Part shown: positions 15,001-30,000 of the stretch, in pieces
How the letters are laid out: each line of letters starts with the position of its first letter
Numbering within the stretch: the stretch's first letter is position 1
Assembly: GCA_964016885.1 (NCBI GenBank)
Contig: OZ024745.1
Coordinates: 47,120,001 to 47,184,000 of the forward strand
DNA from: Eledone cirrhosa
Taxonomy: Eukaryota
Length of the DNA stretch: 64,000 nucleotides
Reading direction: 5' to 3'
The notes under the pieces: model-generated
Told to the model about the DNA's origin: nothing
Seen by the model: only the letters and a program-made list of their open reading frames with translations
Databases searched by the model: none
Made by a program: the position numbers and the translations under genes

Positions 15001-18000
15001 CTACCACCTTACAGTGTGTACTGGGAACATTTTATCATGACACCAGGACTACCACCTTACAGTGTGTACTGGGAGCATGTTATCATGACACCAGCACTAC
15101 CACCTTACAGTGTGAACTGGGAGCATTTTATCATGACACCAGCACTACCACCTTACAGTGTGAACTGGGAACATTTTATCATGACACCAGCACTATCACC
15201 TTACAGTGTGTACTGGGAACATTTTATCATGACACCAGCACTACCACCTTACAGTGTGTACAGGGAGCATGTTATCATGACACCAGCACTACCACCTTAC
15301 AGCGTGAACTGGGAACATGTTATCATGACACCAGCACTACCACCTTACACTGTGAACTGGGAACATGTTATCATGACACCAGCACTACCACCTTACAGTG
15401 TGAACTAGGAGCATGTTATCATGACACCAGCACTACCACCTTACAGTGTGAACTGGGAGCATGTTATCATGACACCAGCACTACTACCTTACAGTGTGTA
15501 CTGGGAGCATGTTATCATGACACCAGCACTACCACCTTACAGCGTGAACTGGGAGCATGTTATCATAACACCAGCACTACCACCTTACAGTGTGAACTAG
15601 GAGCATGTTATCATGACACCAGCACTACCACCTTACAGTGTGTACTAGGAGCATTTTATCATGACACCAGCACTACCACCTTACAGTGTGAACTAGGAGC
15701 ATGTTATCATGACACCAGCACTACCACCTTACAGTGTGTACTGGGAGCATTTTATCATGACACCGGCACTACCAGCTTACAGCGTGAACTGGGAGCATTT
15801 TATCATGACACCAGCACTACCACCTTACAGTGTGAACTGGGAGCATTTTATCATGACACCAGCACTACCAGCTTACAGCGTGAACTGGGGAGATGTTATC
15901 ATGACACCAGCACTACCACCTTACAGTGTGTACTGGGAACATTTTATCATGACACCAGCACTACCACCTTACAGTGTGAACTAGGAGAATTTTATCATGA
16001 CACCAGCACTACCACCTTACAGTGTGAACTGGGAACATGTTATCATGATACCAGAACTACCACCTTACAGTGTGTACTGGGAGCATGTTATCATGACACC
16101 AGCACTACCACCTTACAGTGTGTACTGGGAGCATGTTATCATGACACCAACACTACCACCTTACAGTGTGAACTAGGCGCATGTTATCATGACACCAGCA
16201 CTACCACCTTACAGTGTGAACTGGGAGCATTTTATCATGACACCAGCACTACCACCTTACAGTGTGAACTAGGAGCATTTTATCATGACACCAGCACTAC
16301 CACTTTACAGTGTGAACTGGGAACATTTTATCATGACACCAGCACTACCACCTTACAGTGTGTACTGGGAGCATTTTATCATGACACCAGCACTACCACC
16401 TTACAGTGTGTACTGGGAGCATGTTATCATGACACCAGCACTACCACCTTACAGTGTGTACTGGGAACATTTTATCATGACACCAGCACTACCACCTTAC
16501 AGTGTGAACTAGGAGCATGTTATCATGACACCAGCACTACCACCTTACAGTGTGTACTGGGAGCATGTTATCATGACACCAGCACTACCACCTTACAGTG
16601 TGTACTGGGAACATTTTATCATGACACCAGCACTACCACCTTACAGTGTGTACTGGGAACATTTTATCATGACACCAGGACTACCACCTTACAGTGTGTA
16701 CTGGGAACATTTTATCATGACACCAGGACTACCACCTTACAGTGTGTACTGGGAGCATGTTATCATGACACCAGCACTACCACCTTACAGTGTGAACTGG
16801 GAGCATTTTATCATGACACCAGCACTACCACCTTACAGTGTGAACTGGGAACATTTTATCATGACACCAGCACTATCACCTTACAGTGTGTACTGGGAAC
16901 ATTTTATCATGACACCAGCACTACCACCTTACAGTGTGTACAGGGAGCATGTTATCATGACACCAGCACTACCACCTTACAGCGTGAACTGGGAACATGT
17001 TATCATGACACCAGCACTACCACCTTACAGTGTGAACTGGGAACATGTTATCATGACACCAGCACTACCACCTTACAGTGTGTACTAGGAACATTTTATC
17101 ATGACACCAGCACTACCACCTTACAGTGTGAACTGGGAGCATGTTATCATGACACCAGCACTACCACCTTACAGTGTGAACTAGGAGCATTTTATCATGA
17201 CACCAGCACTACCACCTTACAGTGTGAACTAGGAGCATTTTATCATGACACCAGCACTACCACCTTACAGTGTGAACTAGGAGCATTTTATCATGACACC
17301 AGCACTACCACCTTACAGTGTGTACTAGGAACATTTTATCATGACACCAGCACTACCACCTTACAGTGTGAACTGGGAGCATTTTATCATGACACCAGCA
17401 CTACCACCTTACACTGTGTACTGGGAACATTTTATCATGACACCAGCACTACCACCTTACAGTGTGAACTGGGAACATTTTATCATGACACCAGCACTAC
17501 CCCCTTACAGTGTGAACTGGGAACATTTTATCATGACACCAGCACTACCACCTTACAGTGTGAACTAGGAGCATTTTATCATGACACCAGCACTACCACC
17601 TTACAGTGTGTACTGGGAACATGTTATCATGACACCAGAACTACCACCTTACAGTGTGTACTTGGAGCATGTTATCATGACACCAGCACTACCACCTTAC
17701 AGTGTGAACTGGGAACATGTTATCATGACACCAGCACTACCACCTTACAGTGTGAACTAGGAGCATTTTATCATGACACCAGCACTACCACCTTACAGTG
17801 TTTACTGGGAGCATTTTATCATGACACCAGCACTACCACCTTACAGTGTGAACTAGGAGCATGTTATCATGACACCACACTACCCCCTTACAGTGTGAAC
17901 TAGGAGCATTTTATCATGACACCAGCACTACCACCTTACAGTGTGAACTAGGAGCATGTTATCATGACACCAGCACTACCACCTTACAGTGTGTACTGGG

Positions 18001-21000
18001 AGCATTTTATCATGACACCAGCACTACCACCTTACAGTGTCAACTACGAACATTTTATCATGACACCAGCACTACCACCTTACAGTGTGAACTAGGAACA
18101 TTTTATCATGACACCAGCACTACCACCTTACAGTGTGAACTAGGAACATTTTATCATGACACCAGCACTACCACCTTACAGTGTGAACTAGGAACATTTT
18201 ATCATGACACCAGCACTACCACCTTACAGTGTGAACTAGGAGCATGTTATCATGACACCAGCACTACCACCTTACAGTGTCAACTAGGAGCATTTTATCA
18301 TGACACCAGCACTATCACCTTACAGTGTCAACTAGGAGCATTTTATCATGACACCAACACTACCACCTTACAGTGTGAACTGGGAGCATGTTATCATGAC
18401 ACCAGCACTACCACCTTACAGTGTGAACTGGGAGCATTTTATCATGACACCAGCACTACGACCTTACAGTGTGAACTAGGAGCATTTTATCATGACACCA
18501 GCACTACCACCTTACAGTGTGTACTGGGAACATGTTATCATGACACCAGCACTACCACCTTACAGTGTGAACTAGGAGCACGTTATCATGACACCAGCAC
18601 TACCACCATACAGTGTGTACTGGGAGCATGTTATCATGACACCAGCACTACCACCTTACAGTGTGTACTGGGAACATTTTATCATGACACCAGCACTACC
18701 ACCTTACAGTGTGAACTAGGAGCATGTTATCATGACACCAGCACTACCACCTTACAGTGTGTACTGGGAGCATGTTATCATGACACCAGCACTACCACCT
18801 TACAGTGTGTACTGGGAACATTTTATCATGACACCAGCACTACCACCTTACAGTGTGTACTGGGAACATTTTATCATGACACCAGGACTACCACCTTACA
18901 GTGTGTACTGGGAACATTTTATCATGACACCAGGACTACCACCTTACAGTGTGTACTGGGAGCATGTTATCATGACACCAGCACTACCACCTTACAGTGT
19001 GAACTGGGAGCATTTTATCATGACACCAGCACAACCACCTTACAGTGTGAACTGGGAACATTTTATCATGACACCAGCACTATCACCTTACAGTGTGTAC
19101 TGGGAACATTTTATCATGACACCAGCACTACCACCTTACAGTGTGTACAGGGAGCATGTTATCATGACACCAGCACTACCACCTTACAGCGTGAACTGGG
19201 AACATGTTATCATGACACCAGCACTACCACCTTACAGTGTGAACTGGGAACATGTTATCATGACACCAGCACTACCACCTTACAGTGTGTACTAGGAACA
19301 TTTTATCATGACACCAGCACTACCACCTTACAGTGTGAACTGGGAGCATGTTATCATGACACCAGCACTACCACCTTACAGTGTGAACTAGGAGCATTTT
19401 ATCATGACACCAGCACTACCACCTTACAGTGTGAACTAGGAGCATTTTATCATGACACCAGCACTACCACCTTACAGTGTGAACTAGGAGCATTTTATCA
19501 TGACACCAGCACTACCACCTTACAGTGTGTACTAGGAACATTTTATCATGACACCAGCACTACCACCTTACAGTGTGAACTGGGAGCATTTTATCATGAC
19601 ACCAGCACTACCACCTTACAGTGTGTACTGGGAACATTTTATCATGACACCAGCACTACCACCTTACAGTGTGAACTGGGAACATTTTATCATGACACCA
19701 GCACTACCCCCTTACAGTGTGAACTGGGAACATTTTATCATGACACCAGCACTACCACCTTACAGTGTGAACTAGGAGCATTTTATCATGACACCAGCAC
19801 TACCACCTTACAGTGTGTACTGGGAACATGTTATCATGACACCAGAACTACCACCTTACAGTGTGTACTTGGAGCATGTTATCATGACACCAGCACTACC
19901 ACCTTACAGTGTGAACTGGGAACATGTTATCATGACACCAGCACTACCACCTTACAGTGTGAACTAGGAGCATTTTATCATGACACCAGCACTACCACCT
20001 TACAGTGTGTACTGGGAGCATTTTATCATGACACCAGCACTACCACCTTACAGTGTGAACTAGGAGCATGTTATCATGACACAACACTACCCCCTTACAG
20101 TGTGAACTAGGAGCATTTTATCATGACACCAGCACTACCACATTACAGTGTGAACTAGGAGCATGTTATCATGACACCAGCACTACCACCTTACAGTGTG
20201 TACTGGGAGCATTTTATCATGACACCAGCACTACCACCTTACAGTGTCAACTACGAACATTTTATCATGACACCAGCACTACCACCTTACAGTGTGAACT
20301 AGGAACATTTTATCATGACACCAGCACTACCACCTTACAGTGTGAACTAGGAACATTTTATCATGACACCAGCACTACCACCTTACAGTGTGAACTAGGA
20401 ACATTTTATCATGACACCAGCACTACCACCTTACAGTGTGAACTAGGAGCATGTTATCATGACACCAGCACTACCACCTTACAGTGTGAACTAGGAGCAT
20501 TTTATCATGACACCAGCACTATCACCTTACAGTGTCAACTAGGAGCATTTTATCATGACACCAACACTACCACCTTACAGTGTGAACTGGGAGCATGTTA
20601 TCATGACACCAGCACTACCACCTTACAGTGTCAACTAGGAGCATTTTATCATGACACCAGCACTATCACCTTACAGTGTCAACTAGGAGCATTTTATCAT
20701 GACACCAACACTACCACCTTACAGTGTGAACTGGGAGCATGTTATCATGACACCAGCACTACCACCTTACAGTGTGAACTGGGAACATTTTATCATGACA
20801 CCAGCACTACCACCTTACAGTGTGAACTAGGAGCATTTTATCATGACACCAGCACTACCACCTTACAGTGTGTACTGGGAGCATTTTATCATGACACCAG
20901 CACTACCACCTTACTGTGTGAACTGGAAACATTTTATCATGACACCAGCACTACCACCTTACAGTGTGTACTGGGAACATTTTATCATGACACCAGCACT

Positions 21001-24000
21001 ACCACCTTACAGTGTGTACTGGGAACATTTTATCATGACACCAGCACTACCACCTTACAGTGTGTACTGGGAACATTTTATCATGACACCAGCACTACCA
21101 GCTTACAGCGTGAACTGGGGACATGTTATCATGACACCAGCACTACCACCTTACACTGTGAACTGGGAACATGTTATCATGACACCAGCACTACCACCTT
21201 ACAGTGTGAACTAGGAGCATGTTATCATGACACCAGCACTACCACCTTACAGTGTGAACTGGGAGCATGTTATCATGACACCAGCACTACTACCTTACAG
21301 TGTGTACTGGGAGCATGTTATCATGACACCAGCACTACCACCTTACAGCGTGAACTGGGAGCATGTTATCATAACACCAGCACTACCACCTTACAGTGTG
21401 AACTAGGAGCATGTTATCATGACACCAGCACTACCACCTTACAGTGTGTACTAGGAGCATTTTATCATGACACCAGCACTACCACCTTACAGTGTGAACT
21501 AGGAGCATGTTATCATGACACCAGCACTACCACCTTACAGTGTGTACTGGGAGCATTTTATCATGACACCGGCACTACCAGCTTACAGCGTGAACTGGGA
21601 GCATTTTATCATGACACCAGCACTACCACCTTACAGTGTGAACTGGGAGCATTTTATCATGACACCAGCACTACCAGCTTACAGCGTGAACTGGGGAGAT
21701 GTTATCATGACACCAGCACTACCACCTTACAGTGTGTACTGGGAACATTTTATCATGACACCAGCACTACCACCTTACAGTGTGAACTAGGAGAATTTTA
21801 TCATGACACCAGCACTACCACCTTACAGTGTGAACTGGGAACATGTTATCATGATACCAGAACTACCACCTTACAGTGTGTACTGGGAGCATGTTATCAT
21901 GACACCAGCACTACCACCTTACAGTGTGTACTGGGAGCATGTTATCATGACACCAACACTACCACCTTACAGTGTGAACTAGGCGCATGTTATCATGACA
22001 CCAGCACTACCACCTTACAGTGTGAACTGGGAGCATTTTATCATGACACCAGCACTACCACCTTACAGTGTGAACTAGGAGCATTTTATCATGACACCAG
22101 CACTACCACTTTACAGTGTGAACTGGGAACATTTTATCATGACACCAGCACTACCACCTTACAGTGTGAACTGGGAACATTTTATCATGACACCAGCACT
22201 ATCACCTTACAGTGTGTACTGGGAACATTTTATCATGACACCAGCACTACCACCTTACAGTGTGTACAGGGAGCATGTTATCATGACACCAGCACTACCA
22301 CCTTACAGCGTGAACTGGGAACATGTTATCATGACACCAGCACTACCACCTTACAGTGTGAACTGGGAACATGTTATCATGACACCAGCACTACCACCTT
22401 ACAGTGTGTACTAGGAACATTTTATCATGACACCAGCACTACCACCTTACAGTGTGAACTGGGAGCATGTTATCATGACACCAGCACTACCACCTTACAG
22501 TGTGAACTAGGAGCATTTTATCATGACACCAGCACTACCACCTTACAGTGTGAACTAGGAGCATTTTATCATGACACCAGCACTACCACCTTACAGTGTG
22601 AACTAGGAGCATTTTATCATGACACCAGCACTACCACCTTACAGTGTGTACTAGGAACATTTTATCATGACACCAGCACTACCACCTTACAGTGTGAACT
22701 GGGAGCATTTTATCATGACACCAGCACTACCACCTTACACTGTGTACTGGGAACATTTTATCATGACACCAGCACTACCACCTTACAGTGTGAACTGGGA
22801 ACATTTTATCATGACACCAGCACTACCCCCTTACAGTGTGAACTGGGAACATTTTATCATGACACCAGCACTACCACCTTACAGTGTGAACTAGGAGCAT
22901 TTTATCATGACACCAGCACTACCACCTTACAGTGTGTACTGGGAACATGTTATCATGACACCAGAACTACCACCTTACAGTGTGTACTTGGAGCATGTTA
23001 TCATGACACCAGCACTACCACCTTACAGTGTGAACTGGGAACATGTTATCATGACACCAGCACTACCACCTTACAGTGTGAACTAGGAGCATTTTATCAT
23101 GACACCAGCACTACCACCTTACAGTGTTTACTGGGAGCATTTTATCATGACACCAGCACTACCACCTTACAGTGTGAACTAGGAGCATGTTATCATGACA
23201 CCACACTACCCCCTTACAGTGTGAACTAGGAGCATTTTATCATGACACCAGCACTACCACCTTACAGTGTGAACTAGGAGCATGTTATCATGACACCAGC
23301 ACTACCACCTTACAGTGTGTACTGGGAGCATTTTATCATGACACCAGCACTACCACCTTACTGTGTGAACTGGGAACATTTTATCATGACACCAGCACTA
23401 CCACCTTACAGTGTGTACTGGGAACATTTTATCATGACACCAGCACTACCACCTTACAGTGTGTACTGGGAACATTTTATCATGACACCAGCACTACCAC
23501 CTTACAGTGTGAACTGGGAACATTTTATCATGACACCAGCATTACCACCTTACAGTGTGTACTGGGAGCATTTTATCATGACACCAGCACTACCACCTTA
23601 CAGTGTGAACTAGGAACATGTTATCATGACACCAGCACTACCACCTTACAGTGTGTACTGGGAGCATGTTATCATGACACCAGCACTACCACCTTACAGT
23701 GTGAAGTAGGAGTATTTTATCATGACACCAGCACTACCACCTTACAGTGTGAACTAGGAGCATGTTATCATGACACCAGCACTACCACCTTACAGTGTGT
23801 ACTGGGAGCATGTTATCATGACACCAGCACTACCACCTTACAGTGTGAACTAGAAGCATTTTATCATGACACCAGCACTACCACCTTACAGTGTGAACTA
23901 GGAGCATGTTATCATGACACCAGCACTACATCCTTACAGTGTGAACTGGGAACATTTTATCATGACACCAGCACTACCACCTTACAGTGTGAACTGGGAG

Positions 24001-27000
24001 CATGTTATCATGACACCAGCACTACCACCTTACAGTGTGAACTAGGAACATTTTATCATGACACCAGCACTACCACCTTACAGTGTGAACTAGGAGCATG
24101 TTATCATGACACCAGCACTACCACCTTACAGTGTGTACTGGGAGCATTTTATCATGACACCAGCACTACCACCTTACAGTGTGAACTAGGAGAGTGTTAT
24201 CATGACACACGCACTACCACCTTACAGTGTGAACTGGGAGCATTTTATCATGACACCAGCACTACCACCTTACAGTGTGAACTAGGAGCATGTTATCATG
24301 ACACCAGCACTACCACCTTACAGTGTGAACTGGGAGCATGTTATCATGACACCAGCACTACCACCTTACAGTGTGAACTAGGAGCATGTTATCATGACAC
24401 CAGCACTACCACCTTACAGTGTGAACTGGGAACATGTTATCATGACACCAGCATTACCACCTTACAGTGTGAACTAGGAGCATTTTATCATGACACCAGC
24501 ACTACCACCTTACAGTGTGTACTAGGAACATGTTATCATGACACCAGCACTACCACCTTACAGTGTGAACTGGGAACATGTTATCATGACACCAGCACTA
24601 CCACCTTACAGTGTGAACTAGGAGCATGTTATCATGACACCAGCACTACCACCTTACAGTGTGAACTGGGAGCATGTTATCATGACACCAGCACTACCAC
24701 CTTACAGTGTGTACTGGGAGCATGTTATCATGACACCAGCACTACCACCTTACAGCGTGAACTGGGAACATGTTATCATGACACCAGCACTACCACCTTA
24801 CAGTGTGTACTGGGAGCATGTTATCATGACACCAGCACTACCACCTTACAGTGTGAACTAGGAGCATTTTATCATGATACCAGCACTACCACCTTACAGC
24901 GTGAACTGGGAGCATTTTATCATAACACCAGCACTACCACCTTACAGTGTGAACTAGGAGCATGTTATCATGACACCAGCACTACCACCTTACAGTGTGT
25001 ACTAGGAGCATTTTATCATGACACCAGCACTACCACCTTACAGTGTGAACTAGGAGCATGTTATCATGACACCAGCACTACCACCTTACAGTGTGTACTG
25101 GGAGCATTTTATCATGACACCGGCACTACCAGCTTACAGCGTGAACTGGGAGCATTTTATCATGACACCAGCACTACCACCTTACAGTGTGAACTGGGAG
25201 CATTTTATCATGACACCAGCACTACCAGCTTACAGCGTGAACTGGGGACATGTTATCATGACACCAGCACTACCACCTTACAGTGTGTACTGGGAACATT
25301 TTATCATGACACCAGCACTACCACCTTACAGTGTGAACTAGGAGAATTTTATCATGACACCAGCACTACCACCTTACAGTGTGAACTGGGAACATGTTAT
25401 CATGATACCAGAACTACCACCTTACAGTGTGTACTGGGAGCATGTTATCATGACACCAGCACTACCACCTTACAGTGTGTACTGGGAGCATGTTATCATG
25501 ACACCAACACTACCACCTTACAGTGTGAACTAGGCGCATGTTATCATGACACCAGCACTACCACCTTACAGTGTGAACTGGGAGCATTTTATCATGACAC
25601 CAGCACTACCACCTTACAGTGTGAACTAGGAGCATTTTATCATGACACCAGCACTACCACCTTACAGTGTGAACTGGGAGCATTTTATCATGACACCAGC
25701 ACTACCACTTTACAGTGTGAACTGGGAACATTTTATCATGACACCAGCACTACCACCTTACAGTGTGTACTGGGAGCATTTTATCATGACACCAGCACTA
25801 CCACCTTACAGTGTGTACTGGGAGCATGTTATCATGATACCAGCACTACCACCTTACAGTGTGTACTGGGAACATTTTATCATGACACCAGCACTACCAC
25901 CTTACAGTGTGAACTAGGAGCATGTTATCATGACACCAGCACTACCACCTTACAGTGTGTACTGGGAGCATGTTATCATGACACCAGCACTACCACCTTA
26001 CAGTGTGTACTGGGAACATTTTATCATGACACCAGCACTACCACCTTACAGTGTGTACTGGGAACATTTTATCATGACACCAGGACTACCACCTTACAGT
26101 GTGTACTGGGAACATTTTATCATGACACCAGGACTACCACCTTACAGTGTGTACTGGGAGCATGTTATCATGACACCAGCACTACCACCTTACAGTGTGA
26201 ACTGGGAGCATTTTATCATGACACCAGCACTACCACCTTACAGTGTGAACTGGGAACATTTTATCATGACACCAGCACTATCACCTTACAGTGTGTACTG
26301 GGAACATTTTATCATGACACCAGCACTACCACCTTACAGTGTGTACAGGGAGCATGTTATCATGACACCAGCACTACCACCTTACAGCGTGAACTGGGAA
26401 CATGTTATCATGACACCAGCACTACCACCTTACACTGTGAACTGGGAACATGTTATCATGACACCAGCACTACCACCTTACAGTGTGAACTAGGAGCATG
26501 TTATCATGACACCAGCACTACCACCTTACAGTGTGAACTGGGAGCATGTTATCATGACACCAGCACTACTACCTTACAGTGTGTACTGGGAGCATGTTAT
26601 CATGACACCAGCACTACCACCTTACAGCGTGAACTGGGAGCATGTTATCATAACACCAGCACTACCACCTTACAGTGTGAACTAGGAGCATGTTATCATG
26701 ACACCAGCACTACCACCTTACAGTGTGTACTAGGAGCATTTTATCATGACACCAGCACTACCACCTTACAGTGTGAACTAGGAGCATGTTATCATGACAC
26801 CAGCACTACCACCTTACAGTGTGTACTGGGAGCATTTTATCATGACACCGGCACTACCAGCTTACAGCGTGAACTGGGAGCATTTTATCATGACACCAGC
26901 ACTACCACCTTACAGTGTGAACTGGGAGCATTTTATCATGACACCAGCACTACCAGCTTACAGCGTGAACTGGGGAGATGTTATCATGACACCAGCACTA

Positions 27001-30000
27001 CCACCTTACAGTGTGTACTGGGAACATTTTATCATGACACCAGCACTACCACCTTACAGTGTGAACTAGGAGAATTTTATCATGACACCAGCACTACCAC
27101 CTTACAGTGTGAACTGGGAACATGTTATCATGATACCAGAACTACCACCTTACAGTGTGTACTGGGAGCATGTTATCATGACACCAGCACTACCACCTTA
27201 CAGTGTGTACTGGGAGCATGTTATCATGACACCAACACTACCACCTTACAGTGTGAACTAGGCGCATGTTATCATGACACCAGCACTACCACCTTACAGT
27301 GTGAACTGGGAGCATTTTATCATGACACCAGCACTACCACCTTACAGTGTGAACTAGGAGCATTTTATCATGACACCAGCACTACCACTTTACAGTGTGA
27401 ACTGGGAACATTTTATCATGACACCAGCACTACCACCTTACAGTGTGTACTGGGAGCATTTTATCATGACACCAGCACTACCACCTTACAGTGTGTACTG
27501 GGAGCATGTTATCATGACACCAGCACTACCACCTTACAGTGTGTACTGGGAACATTTTATCATGACACCAGCACTACCACCTTACAGTGTGAACTAGGAG
27601 CATGTTATCATGACACCAGCACTACCACCTTACAGTGTGTACTGGGAGCATGTTATCATGACACCAGCACTACCACCTTACAGTGTGTACTGGGAACATT
27701 TTATCATGACACCAGCACTACCACCTTACAGTGTGTACTGGGAACATTTTATCATGACACCAGGACTACCACCTTACAGTGTGTACTGGGAACATTTTAT
27801 CATGACACCAGGACTACCACCTTACAGTGTGTACTGGGAGCATGTTATCATGACACCAGCACTACCACCTTACAGTGTGAACTGGGAGCATTTTATCATG
27901 ACACCAGCACTACCACCTTACAGTGTGAACTGGGAACATTTTATCATGACACCAGCACTATCACCTTACAGTGTGTACTGGGAACATTTTATCATGACAC
28001 CAGCACTACCACCTTACAGTGTGTACAGGGAGCATGTTATCATGACACCAGCACTACCACCTTACAGCGTGAACTGGGAACATGTTATCATGACACCAGC
28101 ACTACCACCTTACAGTGTGAACTGGGAACATGTTATCATGACACCAGCACTACCACCTTACAGTGTGTACTAGGAACATTTTATCATGACACCAGCACTA
28201 CCACCTTACAGTGTGAACTGGGAGCATGTTATCATGACACCAGCACTACCACCTTACAGTGTGAACTAGGAGCATTTTATCATGACACCAGCACTACCAC
28301 CTTACAGTGTGAACTAGGAGCATTTTATCATGACACCAGCACTACCACCTTACAGTGTGAACTAGGAGCATTTTATCATGACACCAGCACTACCACCTTA
28401 CAGTGTGTACTAGGAACATTTTATCATGACACCAGCACTACCACCTTACAGTGTGAACTGGGAGCATTTTATCATGACACCAGCACTACCACCTTACACT
28501 GTGTACTGGGAACATTTTATCATGACACCAGCACTACCACCTTACAGTGTGAACTGGGAACATTTTATCATGACACCAGCACTACCCCCTTACAGTGTGA
28601 ACTGGGAACATTTTATCATGACACCAGCACTACCACCTTACAGTGTGAACTAGGAGCATTTTATCATGACACCAGCACTACCACCTTACAGTGTGTACTG
28701 GGAACATGTTATCATGACACCAGAACTACCACCTTACAGTGTGTACTTGGAGCATGTTATCATGACACCAGCACTACCACCTTACAGTGTGAACTGGGAA
28801 CATGTTATCATGACACCAGCACTACCACCTTACAGTGTGAACTAGGAGCATTTTATCATGACACCAGCACTACCACCTTACAGTGTTTACTGGGAGCATT
28901 TTATCATGACACCAGCACTACCACCTTACAGTGTGAACTAGGAGCATGTTATCATGACACCACACTACCCCCTTACAGTGTGAACTAGGAGCATTTTATC
29001 ATGACACCAGCACTACCACCTTACAGTGTGAACTAGGAGCATGTTATCATGACACCAGCACTACCACCTTACAGTGTGTACTGGGAGCATTTTATCATGA
29101 CACCAGCACTACCACCTTACAGTGTCAACTACGAACATTTTATCATGACACCAGCACTACCACCTTACAGTGTGAACTAGGAACATTTTATCATGACACC
29201 AGCACTACCACCTTACAGTGTGAACTAGGAACATTTTATCATGACACCAGCACTACCACCTTACAGTGTGAACTAGGAACATTTTATCATGACACCAGCA
29301 CTACCACCTTACAGTGTGAACTAGGAGCATGTTATCATGACACCAGCACTACCACCTTACAGTGTCAACTAGGAGCATTTTATCATGACACCAGCACTAT
29401 CACCTTACAGTGTCAACTAGGAGCATTTTATCATGACACCAACACTACCACCTTACAGTGTGAACTGGGAGCATGTTATCATGACACCAGCACTACCACC
29501 TTACAGTGTGAACTGGGAGCATTTTATCATGACACCAGCACTACGACCTTACAGTGTGAACTAGGAGCATTTTATCATGACACCAGCACTACCACCTTAC
29601 AGTGTGTACTGGGAACATGTTATCATGACACCAGCACTACCACCTTACAGTGTGAACTAGGAGCACGTTATCATGACACCAGCACTACCACCATACAGTG
29701 TGTACTGGGAGCATGTTATCATGACACCAGCACTACCACCTTACAGTGTGTACTGGGAACATTTTATCATGACACCAGCACTACCACCTTACAGTGTGAA
29801 CTAGGAGCATGTTATCATGACACCAGCACTACCACCTTACAGTGTGTACTGGGAGCATGTTATCATGACACCAGCACTACCACCTTACAGTGTGTACTGG
29901 GAACATTTTATCATGACACCAGCACTACCACCTTACAGTGTGTACTGGGAACATTTTATCATGACACCAGGACTACCACCTTACAGTGTGTACTGGGAAC

